From Mytilus trossulus (lineage: Eukaryota): 64,000 nt of DNA. The notes under the pieces are model-generated. The model had not been told where the DNA came from. It ran no database searches and saw only the letters and a program-made list of their open reading frames with translations. Each line of letters opens with the position of its first letter. Position 1 is the stretch's first letter. Made by a program: the position numbers and the translations under genes. This document shows positions 50,701 through 64,000 of the stretch, in pieces. Where the stretch lies: positions 31,868,001-31,932,000 of the forward strand of contig NC_086379.1 in assembly GCF_036588685.1 (NCBI RefSeq). The letters run 5' to 3'.

Positions 50701-53700
50701 CGAAGAGTAAACCAACCTATGTTAATAAAAAAAAATCTATAAGATGTAACAATAGACAACACATGACGGGGTTCCGTATTTAGGTAACGGTCTCTCTTTT
50801 TGAAAGTCATGCATTTTCTCAGTTTCTGAACTGTCTTTCATTTTCATCTCTAACAGTCAAATACTATAGAAACAGGACTTTGATGCTAATTTACCAGTAA
50901 ATCTTAACTAGGAACACTCATTTGTAAAGTCGATACAGTTATGCTAATAATTCAGGGGACCATTGGAATAGTCAAATTAATCTTAACACTAAAATACTTA
51001 AAAACAAATCAGCTGAAAAAGATGACATGTAGAATAAAGTTAATTTACTTACTGTCCCCTCTTATAGCTTCCATAGCAACATAATGGTCTGCAAAATAAA
51101 ATGAGCATGCATATCTTGAATTATTCTGAATATCTATTATAAATTTCAACGACACAAAAAAAATACCTTATTTGAAAAGATGTTAATTATTTTTTACATA
51201 AAATGTAATTGCGTTTGCTTAATGTATACATTTATTGCTACCTGACAAAAAGAATGTTTGCTTATAATGAGATATGGGTGGTATGGAAATATTCAACGAA
51301 AGAAAACAAAAAAGATATTATCAGATGTTAGTCTTATAATTTATTTCTTGTAAAGTTTTAGTTCGACGTATTTTTAAAATAGTTTATAAACAAAAGCGTA
51401 GCATTGGCTAATATTTGTTAAAGATTTTTATTTATGGCATAAGTTGGCTCCGTTAATAATTTGTATGTCTTCATTATTAGACGGAACTTAAAACAATTAT
51501 AGTTGTCTGCGCCCTCAAAGTGCTTAAAAAGGGAATATTTGCATTCGAAGTAAAAATTAAGCCACTGTCGTCTATTTGGGGAAAAATGTCATATAAACAA
51601 GTTAAGAATTAAAGAGTTTTAGTCGGATTTATGCTATAGTTCAAATAAATTAATAATGTACATTTTCAATCATTTGTATACCGGTATGGTTGTTACATTG
51701 ACAGAATGTACAGTATTAAGAAAACATTTGTGTTAAGAATAACTATACGAAAAGGTAACCTCTGTTGAAGAGAAAATCAACACTTAAGAATGCCTGCTCA
51801 TCTGTTTGAGAATAATAAGCTTTCAAAAAACTTTGATAAATAAATAAATTTAAAAAGCAGAAAACAATCATAGGTCAGTGTTTTTGTAATTGATTGAGTT
51901 AAAACCAATTCAAAACTTGGCGGGAAATGATTCTCTCCAGATTTTTCAAAGATTGAAATTGACACCTTTTACTTTCAAAAACTATGAAAAATAACATGGA
52001 TTTTATATAACTTTTAATAATGGCTAAAAAGGGGAGGGCAGTAGACAAAATTCTTATGGCACTACATGGATAAATAGTTATCAAAAGTACCAGAATTATA
52101 ATTAAGTACGCCAAACGCGCGTTTCGTCTACACGTCTACAAGACTCATCAATGACGCACATATCAAAATAGTTATAAGGCCAAACAAGTACAAAATTGAA
52201 GAGCATTGAGGATCCAAAATAAAACTAGAGGATTCCGAATATCTGACAAAAAGTAAAAAAACAAGACTAGCGAACTTCCTTATCAGACACAACATTGTTC
52301 TGTAAAAATGCTTACCCTCTGCATCTTCAGATGTGTCGTCCTTCTCTTCTTTAACATCATATTCCAGCTGGAAGTTTAGAAAGAATTGAAAAACTACCAA
52401 CTAATGCTCCTCGCACTTTTGAGAAAAAATGTATTTCAAGGTTCAAAATACTGGTATGTTTTTAAAATAACAAATAAACCATGTACTATCATTGCTTATT
52501 TTATCCTTTATATTTGTGTTACTAAATGGGATACTCGTCTCGAGTTATCATTCAAACACTACACAACTGAGGACGGGCTTTATACTACGGGGAGTATAAA
52601 AAGGTAGGTTTCTAGATACCAAAATAATCCTAGATATAGGAAGATGTGGTGTGAGTGCCAATGAGACAACTCTCCATCCAAGTAACAATTTAAAAAGTAA
52701 ACCTTTATAGGTTAAAGTACGGCCTTCAACACGGAGCCTTGGCTCACACGGAACAACAAGCTATAAAGGGCCCCAAAATTACTAGTGTAAAACCATTCAA
52801 ACGGGAAAACCAACGGTCTAATCTATATAAACAAAACGAGAAACGAGAAAGACGTATATATTACATAAACAAACGACAACTACTGTACATCAGATTCCTG
52901 ACTTAAGACAGGTGCAAACATTTGCAGCGGGATTAAACGTTTTAATGGATCCAAACCTTCTCCCTTTTTCTGAAACAATAGCATATATATAACATCACAA
53001 CATAGAAAAAGTATGTTATTTGTCCCAATATGCATTAACACCCATAAAGGGCATTTTCTCAAATAAAATATGGCATGAGTTCCCCAGTCTTTGGCTAACG
53101 TGTCAAGTCATGAAGCCCATACCAAACAAAATCATTCAAGAAAAATAAGAAAACATATTCAAGACATTCATCCAGAAACCAAAATTGTAAAGAGTTTCAT
53201 ACTATGTACAGATGACCGTATCTACGTACTTGACCAAAAATTTGGACCAATCTAAATTATAAGGGTACGTTCATCAAATTGTATATATAAGTTTTATTAA
53301 ACCTAAAATATCACACAGATACAACAAGATGCAGTTATATTTTCTTTATTTTCAGTCTTTTATGCTTTCCAGATACATCAATTGATTTATAATTTGACTA
53401 AATAAATGCCATGATTAATTCTTTACTTACAAGGATATTGTCTGCAAGATGTGTGAATTCCCCAGCAATTGCTAATTTGTATGGTGTTTTTCCGTTGTTG
53501 TTTTTTATTTTCAATGCGTGTTTTCCACCAGGAAAAGTTAATAAAGTAGTACATAATTGTTCTAAACCATATTTTGCAGCAAAATGAAGCAATGTTGGTA
53601 GTTCGCTCTGTTTATGTATATCTGTATTAGATAAAGAAAGTTATGTATGTTATTGTCAACTAATGAAGTACACGTACGTGTACTAGTGTTAAAAACTATT

Positions 53701-56700
53701 TTCATAGCGTTTTTGTCATTGATTCTTTTGTTTATCTTAAAGTTTTCAATTTTATTTTAAGAACGTTGTGGTGTGTTCCTTTATAAAATAAAAAAAAAGT
53801 CAATGGAACTGAGGACAGGGGACTCTTTAATATTTACCTGAATTTGTATATATACACACCGTATGTTTGTGGCATAACATCGTGGTCACAAGTAAAATTG
53901 TTTTTTTCTGTTTAGTATCAAATTTATATTAAGATCCATTTTGTTACATCTTGTGATCAATTTTATTTGGTAATCGCCAATGGCAGTCAGCAGGGTTAAA
54001 GAACATCAGTTGTTCGACCTGTTAGTCAAATGCGTTTTGTCTAACTATACTTTTTTCACATTTTTGGTCTTTTGGAAAATGTTGTTTGAGCTGTTTTTAT
54101 ACCCTTCTACAACGAAATTTGTTTTACATGCACACGTATAAAAAATGCGGTTTTTATCCAACGCAATCATAGGTTTGAACGTAGTTTTCAATTTAGACTC
54201 TTATATATATATTTATTGAATTACTTAGTTATTGTCTTTATTTGTTTTTGTTGTTGGTATATGTCACAAACTGTAAAGTTTATATGGCAATAAAACTTTG
54301 AATTGAATTGAATTGTTATCGTCTGAATTTTTGGTATGTTATTCATTTTGTTCAATCTGTGATTAACGAGTCTGCGTTGTTGCTTGGAACATTTTTTAAC
54401 TTCACATTTTTTGTTTAGTGACTATGTGTTTATTTGTAATTTGGGACACAGAAGTGTTCAAATAAATCGAATAACAGAATGGAACAGAAAGAATGTAAAC
54501 CATGTTCTTTAAACCCCGCACACTATTATAATGGTTATTAATCATTAAGTCTTTGGGTTTTTTTTTGGTCTTTTGTGTCGATGAAAATAACACTTAATTG
54601 AGAAATAAGTGCTCTTCTTTATAAAACTTCATCTAGAACGCCCAAACCAAAACAACCTTTAGTGCTTTATAAAGTGTTGAAATGTTTGCCATGACGTTGT
54701 CAGTTTCTTGTGAGTTTTGAATTTACTCTTAGTATCTTCCGCCTCTTTTTATCTTAAATTGGTGTCTTACCATGAAAAGAATATATATTTTGAAGAACTT
54801 TCTGCTGATTTAAAATATTTTTGCAATTCACTATTTCAACAAACCTGAAGTAAAGTCGAAGTTTTCATTTGCATATTCAGACAACGGATTCGATCCACCA
54901 TTTGTAAATATATCGTTGAGTTCAAGGTCGACACATTCTCGTGATCTTGTTTCGATATTTAATGTTTGGCAAAGAAGTTCAATAGGGTTGACAACCTCGT
55001 GTAAAAGACGATTCAGCATCTCAATTTTGGATTTTATATTTAGGTAACTTCGTCCTACTGTTTTACCATTCAAAAAAACTTCAACTTTTTTCCTCCCAGG
55101 AGCAAGACCTTAATATAACAATAACATTATTGATGGCTTACTTATCATTTAGATTTTGTGCATTTATTTATTTATAGTTAATCATTATACAGCAATTTTT
55201 AAGGACAAGACTAAAATGAAATCGTAAACAAGATCCTCTTAGATTGTGTAGATGGAGGTGCAATCTGTATATATTTGTGGTAACATCTGTTTACCGATGA
55301 TCATACATGAATAAGACACAAAGCAAGGCAAATTTCTTCTCGTCTGAAATACAAGGCCAGATTTCTAAAATATTTTAAAATTCATTACAAGAATGTATTT
55401 GTATTGTGACATATATCAAAGTTTTTCGTTCAGTGTATGCTTGCTTTTTTGTTCAGTCATTTTAAATTTTATTTTCATAGTTGTGTCTTTCTATATTGTT
55501 ATGTTTACTAAAACGTTAAAACCCGATGAATTTGTTTGAAACTGCCCTAAGTCAGGAACATGTTGTTTAGTGACTGTCGTGTGTTCGTAAGTGGTTATCG
55601 GCCTTTTTTTAAATATTGATTAGACCGATGGTTTTCCTGTATGAATACTTTACTTTAGTCATTATTGGGCCCTTTTTAGCTTGTGTTCTTTGTGAGCCAA
55701 GGCTCCGAGTTGAAGGTCGTACTTGAGCCTATAATGGTTTACTTTTTGCACATTGTGAATTGGATGAAGAGTTGTCTCATTGGCACTCATACCTCATCTT
55801 CTTATTTCTATTAAAAATGAGTCAACAAAGGCTTGAATTTAGAGACATGTCAGCAATGATCCAACGACCCCTCTCCTACCGGTCTTTATTAGAAAACGTG
55901 TCATCAGAAAAGAAGAAATAAATCTTAAACGTGACCAATTTTTAATTTAATTTTTTTTTTTAGATATTTTCTAAAGTCGAGATTGTACCAAATCAAGGAG
56001 ATTGAATGATAAATACAGTGTCACATGTCATTAGAATTCTAGTCTAGCAGGACTTTTTTGATGACGTGTTCGTTTGAAAATCTAAAGATTAATTTCCTTT
56101 TTATAATCGACCTATATATATATGTACATACTATTGACTTTTAAAAGAATGATATAGCTTATCTAGACCGCCTTTTCCTCTCACATATATTTATATATCC
56201 TTGGCGTTTCAAACTTTGAAATTCATAGTGAAAGATGTACTTGAGTGAGATTTTGAAATTTGTGTCAGATTTTCGGACTCCTTCGTGTTTTTCCATACGA
56301 TACACGGTAAATTAACTTATTTTGATGTCTAACTAAGGCCGTGTTCACACCAAACGTCGTGTAGAGTAAACATGTTTACAATTAGTTTAGTGTAGTGTAC
56401 ACTGGTTTCACATTACATTTGTTCACATCTATACACCTTGTTTAGCTACCTGTACATAAGATTTGTTCCCACTTGTAAACTATATGTCATTTAAATGTTC
56501 ATTACGTAAAACTGAATTCAAAATTGTTGGACAATTTTTCTAGCGGTAAGGAAACAACCATTTGACTTCAAAAGGGGGGTTGGGGTGGGAATGGAAATAT
56601 TCCGATCCCCAATTTGATAAAAAAAAAAATAAAAAAAAATGGTCATACAGATCATAAAAAAAAGTACTTGATCACCAGCATGGAAAAAAGGAATAAAAAC

Positions 56701-59700
56701 GCACGCGCGAAAAAAAATCTGACTCAGATAAAAAAAATAACCCTCCCCCTTTTTTTAAGTTAAGTGGTTGCTACTTTATGCAAGCCATTTTTATAATTTG
56801 CAGTAGTTTGAATATACTAGAGATGTCTCGATTACGCATTAGAAAACGTTAGCTGCAGCAGCGTGCTTAAAGCCGAAAAAAGAATTGAAATATTAGGGAT
56901 CACTTCATTTTTATCTTTTCTGTTGGTTTCAAATGGTATTTCTTCTCCAAGGAGTATTTGGTAACGGAATAAGGTAACGTTTTTTTTTTATTTATTTAAG
57001 TGTTATTTTACGGATCTGAGATACTAGACAAACATATCATTTACCTCACACTTGTTTTAGTAAAGACCAGTGGCGAATATTTCTGTGTACGTCAAGTCGA
57101 TTTGGGAGGACCTTTTCAAATTAATTAGGCAGCAACTATTTACTTCATTTTTTAGGGAGGGAGCCGGGGGGGGGGGGGGGTTAGGTGGCGTGGGCAATTA
57201 ATATTTTTCAGGACAAATTTTGATGACAAGTCGAAATCAATTTTAGCATTATATATAGTGGCAGCTGAGGGTGAAACAAACAAATGTTTTTTTCAGGGCC
57301 CAAAACTGGATACATTTTTTGTTTCCATAGCTCACCACCCCAACCCCCTTGCCTTTATGTTTTCTACTCAACTATACATTATATATAGTGGCAGCTGAGG
57401 GTGAAACAAACAAATGTTTTTTTCAGGGCCCAAAACTGGATACATTTTTTGTTTCCATAGCTCACCACCCCAACCCCCTTGCCTTTATGTTTTCTACTCA
57501 ACTATAAAAGCCCCCCCCCCCCGAAAATCAATTGGTTGCTGCCTTATGGGTTCGGAAATGATGCTGCTTTAAGTCTTGATCAGGGGTTAATAAAGTACGT
57601 TAATTTTTTTTAACAAAAAACAATCTGTAAAATTTAGACAATAATTTCTGTAAAGAACTATAGATACTAATAATTATCAAAAATATCAATTTTACTCAAA
57701 AATAATTTCCTCCTTAAATATATACACGGTAAAACTAATGTCCTAAATGCCTAGTTTTGTGTACAATTAACCTACACAAGGCCTACATTGACTATCGACT
57801 GTGTGCAGATAAAACGTGATTTAAACTACATGTAAACATTTAGTTTTATCAATGGGAACGCAATTGTGTTTAGTTTACGTGTGAGTTACATTAACACAAC
57901 ACCGAATTTAGGTCAATGTGAACACGGCCTAAAGCTTTTCCATCTTATATATAATATCAACTTAAAATTCTTGATTTATTTAATTTCACCTAAGTACATT
58001 CTTAAATTACCTGAAGGGCTAAACGCAAAGGTTGAAGGATTGGTCTGTCTGATATTTTCAATCTTTCTTTCTAACGCAAAGTCCGTTATTTGTACTTCTA
58101 CTTTTTCTACAGATGATTCTTTTCTTAAAATTATAAAAACCTCATCATTTGTCTAAAAAAAAACCACACATGATTAAAGATAAACAAACAAATTTGTAAC
58201 ATCATTTAAACGGAAAAGTGATACCGTTTTCATAGTGAACTATCAAACATTTCTAGAATCAGTTGTATTAGGTTCCTTTCAGGAGTAAAACATTTGGAAC
58301 CGCTCACACCCGGTCCCTTTCCCCAACGCAAAAAAAAACATACAAACAAAAAACCATAAATAATAGTTCAACCACTTTGCAAACAACATGATTAGAACAA
58401 AAGAAAATCTTATATAGTTAACTCTGAAAGCCAATATGTGTTAGTGTGTTCTTCTTTTTGAATAAACTTACATTCCATATTTGTGTTGGTGCTAATGTAA
58501 ATTGTTTCAGAACCGGAAGTGATTCTGGTTTGTCAACAATCTTCACAATTTTTAACAACGCTTTCTTGAAATCATAATCACTTTGTCCTAATGAAATGAA
58601 TATCCAGGAGGTGCTTTGAGGGAGAATATCACTTATAGCTCTCTGTCTGTCTTCTTTATCCAACTCGATCAGTGGATGATATAGTATTATCAAATTTGAA
58701 GCACCAATAAAGTTTGATAACAGAGACTCTATCTTTCCTTCAAGCATTTGTGCATGGAACTCCGGTGTCAGGAATATAACTTGTAAACATTTCACTTTAA
58801 TAATATTAAGTAAATTTCCCAAAGTTATGTTATATAATGTCACTGCTATATGGTATATTTCGGAACTAAGCTTCGTTTTAATATATTCAGCAATATCCTC
58901 GCCGTCGTCCGCATGAAAGAAACTAATTTGGTCTTCTTGAAAGCCTGCAAAAAATAGCTGTATTAAGCAAACATGTTCATTGGCATCATTCGTTTAGTCG
59001 GTTAAAATGTAAGAAAGAAAAAGCATATTTCACCTCTTCTGCATACTACAGAATGAAGAGGGTTAATTTATCTCTGGCTTCCTCAGTTTATCTGCTTATT
59101 AATTGATTGATTGATTGATAATTGCTTACTGTCCAACGATAGATGATTTACAGGCCGACCACAAAACAACAGTTAATACAGTTAGTAGGTTCTGTAAGGC
59201 AGTTGGACTGGGTTGTCCCAAGTCAGGAGCCTAAAGTTCAGTTCTTGTCGTTGGTTCATGTCTGTAATATTTGTTTTTCGTAAACATTTACAAATGTTAT
59301 AAATCAGTCCTTTAGTTTTCTTAGTTGAATTGTTTCATGTTTTTCATGTCGGGGCCTTTTATAGCAAACCATATGGTATGGATTTTTCTAATTCTTGCAG
59401 ATCATTTGATTGCCTATAATTGCTTACATCCACTTCTTTTGGACTTTGGTGGATAGTTTTCTAAGTGACAATCATACCACATTCCTTATTTTTATATTTT
59501 ATGTTTACTTTTAAATTATGACATGTTTGATAGAGGCAGAATTTCAACGCCATGCGACGGACTCCATAGAGAGTCGAATTATTTGCTTTGACTTAGACAG
59601 GACATCGGATTTGACGATTCAATTCAGATCAGACATAATTTCTTATTACATTAAGTTCCTTTTGCTTTTATACCTTATCTAAAACATTTAGTCAATTAGT

Positions 59701-62443
59701 ATATGCTCTCTGCTAGCATTGATACATCGTGTAGGTTATACATGCTTTGCCGATACCACTGACCTATATTGAAGCGTATTCTATTATTCGGTGGTTCTTA
59801 CTCTCGAATGTTTGAAATAATAAACAGAAGAAACGCATGTCCGAAATACTCTTCGTTGAAGTTGAAGTTGAAATACATGAAAAAGCTGTCAGTGTCATAT
59901 CTTTTAAACCAGACGTGATCGGTTTGGTCATAATGTTGAATCAAAGTTTTTTGATTTTAAAGTCACTAAATAAAAACTTCCCAAACAAAAAATGAACAGG
60001 AAAATCCATTATTTTCCTTACAAAAAATCCAAAGAGAAACCAGAAAATAATAATTCTGATATTTTTTTTTAATCTTTTATACATATTGTAAGTTACCATT
60101 TTTTGCAAAGTTTAAAAACTGACATTTGTTAAGTAACAAGTTATTTAGTCACTATAATTTTATACTTTTTACATTTACTTTCTATATTTCTATAACAGAC
60201 ATAAAACCGTGTAATTTACATACTAGCAATTGACAAATATACTAACTATATCTCTCTATTTGGAAAATGAGCCTGACTTAAAGTCATAAGAAACCTCAAA
60301 TCAGAAAAAATAATGCATATGTTTTTTATAACTCAATGGATAGTTTTCATTATAAAACTTATGTACATATACTTTTTTCTGAAGAAAATTCTTTAATTTA
60401 TTATTTAGAAGAAGTTTACTTTATTTTAATTGCTTGCTCCCAGCAACCAATTCCCCCGACATATTTTCCGTATGCAAAGTGACCTCAGTGTGACCCATCT
60501 CGTAAAAATCCGGTGATCACAATACGCATGGATGTCCTTAAAATAAACTATTATCTGAATTCACATGTTAAACACGTGCTCTCTTTCCATGCTTTTTTGT
60601 TTATTTTTTGTCGATTGTTGACAAACAGGTGACCATCGTTAAACTTCGGCTTCAAAACACGAACTTAAATTACCTGCCATATTTACACAACAACACTGAC
60701 CGATTGAAAAAAAAATTGACGATTAAACCAAATTTACACGAAAAAAATGATAAATTCGTGCACAGAAGACTAAGTTTATGATGTGTGTATGCATTGGTTC
60801 AAGAATTGGAAGAACATAATTTTTCACCGGTCACTCGTTTCTTATGACTATAATAAAAATCGAAAAAAAGAACGATATCGATGAGAGTTAAGAAATAATT
60901 TTGGCAAGCTACACAACAAACATCATCATCCAGATACGACTTCTTAAGTACACGCCTTCAAAGCATGACACCGGGAAAATATGAAATTAGAAATAAAAGT
61001 CTTTCGTGAACAGGGATCTGGTACAAAAAGATAACACGACACATTATCTTTATTATTATTTTGATCTTAGATTACGTAAATAACCTCATCATAGATACCT
61101 GGACTAAATTTTGTATATATGCCAGACGCGCGTTTCGTCTACAAAAGACTCATCAGTGACGCTCGAATCCAAAAAAGTGAAAAAAGCCAAATAAAGTACG
61201 AAGTTGAAGAGCATTGAGGACCAAAATTCCTAAAAGTTTTCCCAAATACAGCTAAGGTAATCTATGTCTGAGGTAAAAAAAAAAAGCCTTAGTATGTCAA
61301 AAATTCAAAAGTTTTATGAACAGTAAATCTAACACGTAAACTATAATAATAAAAATACACATATATATATCTTGATTAAAAGCTAATTTACATATCAGCT
61401 ATATATAACATATAATGCGTTATTCTAAACGTACAATAGCCAATATACGGTCTTTGAAAGAGACATTATTTGAAACTTGTGTATTCAACTCAATTCGACT
61501 GAAATATTTATTGTGTTTAAAAGTTGAAGATACACAGAGAAGAATCGAATTACATGCATAAGTCGAAGAACGACAGGCAAATACCATTCTTTTTGTTTCT
61601 AAGTTTAGTTCTCAACCTATCCCCTTATATCCCTTTCATTCAGAAAAAACACTGTTCACACAAAATTGTATGTCATTTAAATGTTCATTAAATAGAATCG
61701 AATTGCAGTGATGAAAGCCATTTTGATGATTTGCACCTATTTTAAAGATGTCTAGATTACCAGAAGCGGATAAAGGCATTTTTAAAATACATGGGGTTAT
61801 AACATTGATCGGTTCATAAAAGGGGGTTCAACCCCTCGGAACCCGTCCCCATCTAAATCCTCAACTACTTACACAATAAATCACGAAGGCTGAAGGATTG
61901 AGATGTGCACACTAACACAACACCTTACATAGGAATTTTTATAAACAAACAGGTCAACATGAGTTATCCAAAATCATCCGGCTTTCAATAACTCGTAGCT
62001 TACTGTACATGTTCCATTTGTCAGACCATATATTCGAGTTGATTATGAGTTTCCAAAACAATTGTAAATATGATTATAAAATTATATGATTTAAATAAGA
62101 TTTTATATATAGAATTCGTTATATTTTCTCGTCTTCACGTTTTCAGTGCAGAGATCTGCTATGCTGGCAGAAAATAAGATTTTTAATCTAAAATCGTTTT
62201 AGCCAAAATTGTTTTTGTGAATGTATTCAGAACCTAAGTTTTGCACATGTTGTAAGGGATTGGTTGACTTTTCAATTGCTCAAATGTTTCCAGCTTTTTG
62301 AACTTTTCATGTGTAAACAGCAACACCATTGAAATGATAAAACTACCAACCACTACAAAAGAATAGAAAGAAACCACTCAACAAAAAGTGAATTTTCAAA
62401 TACTTCTGACCGAAGTCTAATATCACTTACTTGATCTCTCCAT
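44718..62443 (-). CDS. BCAP/BANK1/Dof-like adaptor (divergent TIR, DBB, ankyrin repeats, YxxM tail), ~498 aa
   Basis: Exons 62443-62431, 58944-58472 (FFHADDGEDIAEYI..LQVIFLTPEF), 58152-58011, 55108-54845 (NPIELLCQTL), 53621-53431 (ELPTLLHFAAKYGLEQLC..NNNGKTP), 52367-52316, 51088-51053 (YVAM), 50058-50006, 48042-47964, 47572-47517, 46278-46225, 45679-45649 and 44770-44718. Phases chain into a 1497-nt ORF. The small exons are less certain. Confidence 0.8.
56337..57929. mobile_element. PIF/Harbinger-like MITE with nested insertions
   Basis: TIR GGCCGTGTTCACA / TGTGAACACGGCC with TAA on both sides. Nested TIR elements lie at ~56548-56775 and ~57125-57546. Confidence 0.75.
57247..57506. repeat. 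Perfect 130-bp tandem duplication
   Basis: 57247-57376 appears identical to 57377-57506. Confidence 0.9.
60282..60849. mobile_element. TTAA-flanked (Kolobok-like) MITE
   Basis: ttaa|AGTCATAAGAAAC ... GTTTCTTATGACT|ataa. Confidence 0.6.
61119..61164 (-). ncRNA. Minimal type-I hammerhead ribozyme, family 1, in a partial retrozyme copy (~61076-61330)
   Basis: Reverse strand reads GAGCGUCA-CUGAUGA-GUCU(uuugu)AGAC-GAAA-CGCGCG-UC-UGGCAU. Confidence 0.82.
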
Positions 62444-64000
62444 TTTTCATCGAACAATGAACTTGGGCAATTTGATGTACACAATTAATAGTGATTATAT
62501 ATATACGGGTTTTTATAATTATCTCTTTAAAGGTTATCAATATAGATAGTAAAAGTGTTGTGTGATACGGTTATTTTAATATATGTAGTCATTTGGTACA
62601 GGTTACGACAATCTCGCAAACACCAATTGGTATGCTTTTATTAATAACACAACATGATCATATAAGCATTAAAATATTTGAACTTTACTTTTACGGTCAA
62701 ATTATTATTGTATATTAACCTATATGCAAAGTCGTTTGGTGGCCATTGAAAAGTCTACATATTAGAATTTTTCAAATTTTTCTTATTTTTTTATGTCAGA
62801 CGTGAAAGAAAATAAGTAGTTTGATTTCCACTATTGTTCTGGATTTTTATAAGCAACTAAACTTTTTTTTATTGTTTATCTAAATAGTTGACCAGTACAG
62901 AAAATTAATAGTTTCGATCTCCAACATTTCATCTGCTTATTATAAATAAACTTTCATTTAATGATATTTTTATTCCTATGTTTAGATCACCATTTAAGGT
63001 TTCGGGGTTTATATTTATAGGAGTCTGGGCATTAGTTTTTTTTTTATGCCAAATGAATTGAAACTTTTTAAAACTATTTTGGATTTGCCAACTTTTAATA
63101 ATTTTTACGTCAAGATGTGCATACCTTTTTACGAAAATAAAAATGTCAATGTTTTGTTTTCATCTTACATCGATGTGGAATAATTGGTAGCCAATAACGT
63201 ACATCAAGCAACAGGGATGCTTTCTTATATCTATTATCAAAATTCCATTAAAAATAAACTCTTACTTTGATGCCAATATGAGCCATAGTTTGTTGCTGTG
63301 TTGACACATAAACTATGCAATTTATCTATATGTGTAACTTACAAATGTTCGGTCAAGAAAAGTATTTTCCTTTTGGTCGTATGTATTAACAAAACATTAA
63401 CATATTAAGTCTGTTTGGTTTGCACATCATTGTCAATATAATGGAATTTTATGCGACTGTCATACAAAGGAGAGTTTAATATATAGTCATGTGTAGTTCA
63501 CCATTTTCTACGTAAGAAAATGCCTATACCATGTCAGGATATGACAGCTGCTTGTGATTTTCACTTTTATTTTGGGATTTTCCGTATTAAATTTACATTG
63601 CAGTTTGGTGTTTTTTTTGTTTTTTTACCTTTTTTTACCAACACTTTAGAGCTTATAGCGCTTACCTGGTATCTATGATAAGGCTGACCATTGTTTCTGT
63701 TAGATTTTATTTAAGAAAGAGAAGATACTTAAAGATTTGGGGTTGAGAAGATGCAGTGTAGAAGTATTTGTACTAATAACTCCCACAGAGTAAAGACAAT
63801 GACTCAACGACGGGTCTTATTGGCAGGTGTTTAAATACCTAAACTGACAGTACTGTGTAGGATAGACACCGTGTTTCATTACATACAATGATTTCTTGCA
63901 AGACTTTTCAGGAATACAATTGCATGATATTTTATTTATATTGATTTGTTCAAGATATATTTATATATATTATATATAAGTACGTCTGAACTATGACGAC

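Noticed and set aside
50765-50850. Extra BCAP-like exon (MKMKDSSETEK..RPLPKYG)
   Set aside because: No convincing donor site, and the phase chain closes without it.
63660-63695. Alternative first coding exon of the BCAP-like gene (CAG|gtaagc)
   Set aside because: The ATG frame is phase-incompatible with exon 58944 and the sequence resembles a retrozyme fragment. It could still be a UTR exon.

Overview
AT-rich, intron-containing animal genomic DNA. The repeat families and gene content suggest a bivalve mollusc such as Mytilus (inference). I reconstructed six spliced genes by hand from GT-AG junctions and reading-phase continuity. (1,2) A PHIS-group (ISL2EU-type) DNA transposon runs off the left edge: a THAP+HTH+DDE transposase gene on the minus strand interleaved with a YqaJ/lambda-exonuclease gene on the plus strand. 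(3) PDCD2L/TSR4-like, plus strand, 8900-23094. (4,5) Two tandem secreted Cys-rich DUF4773-like genes with one and two domains. (6) A BCAP/BANK1/Dof-like TIR-DBB-ankyrin adaptor, minus strand, 13 exons. Introns and intergenic DNA are packed with mobile elements: Helentron/HINE-like elements with internal satellites, a CAC-ended MITE with 5-bp TSDs (Transib/RAG-like), Harbinger- and Kolobok-like MITEs, fold-back palindromes, and a decayed Penelope-like retroelement. There are also about ten minimal type-I hammerhead ribozyme motifs from at least two families, including a tandem ~350-nt retrozyme-like array. Most short ORFs in the supplied track are spurious.
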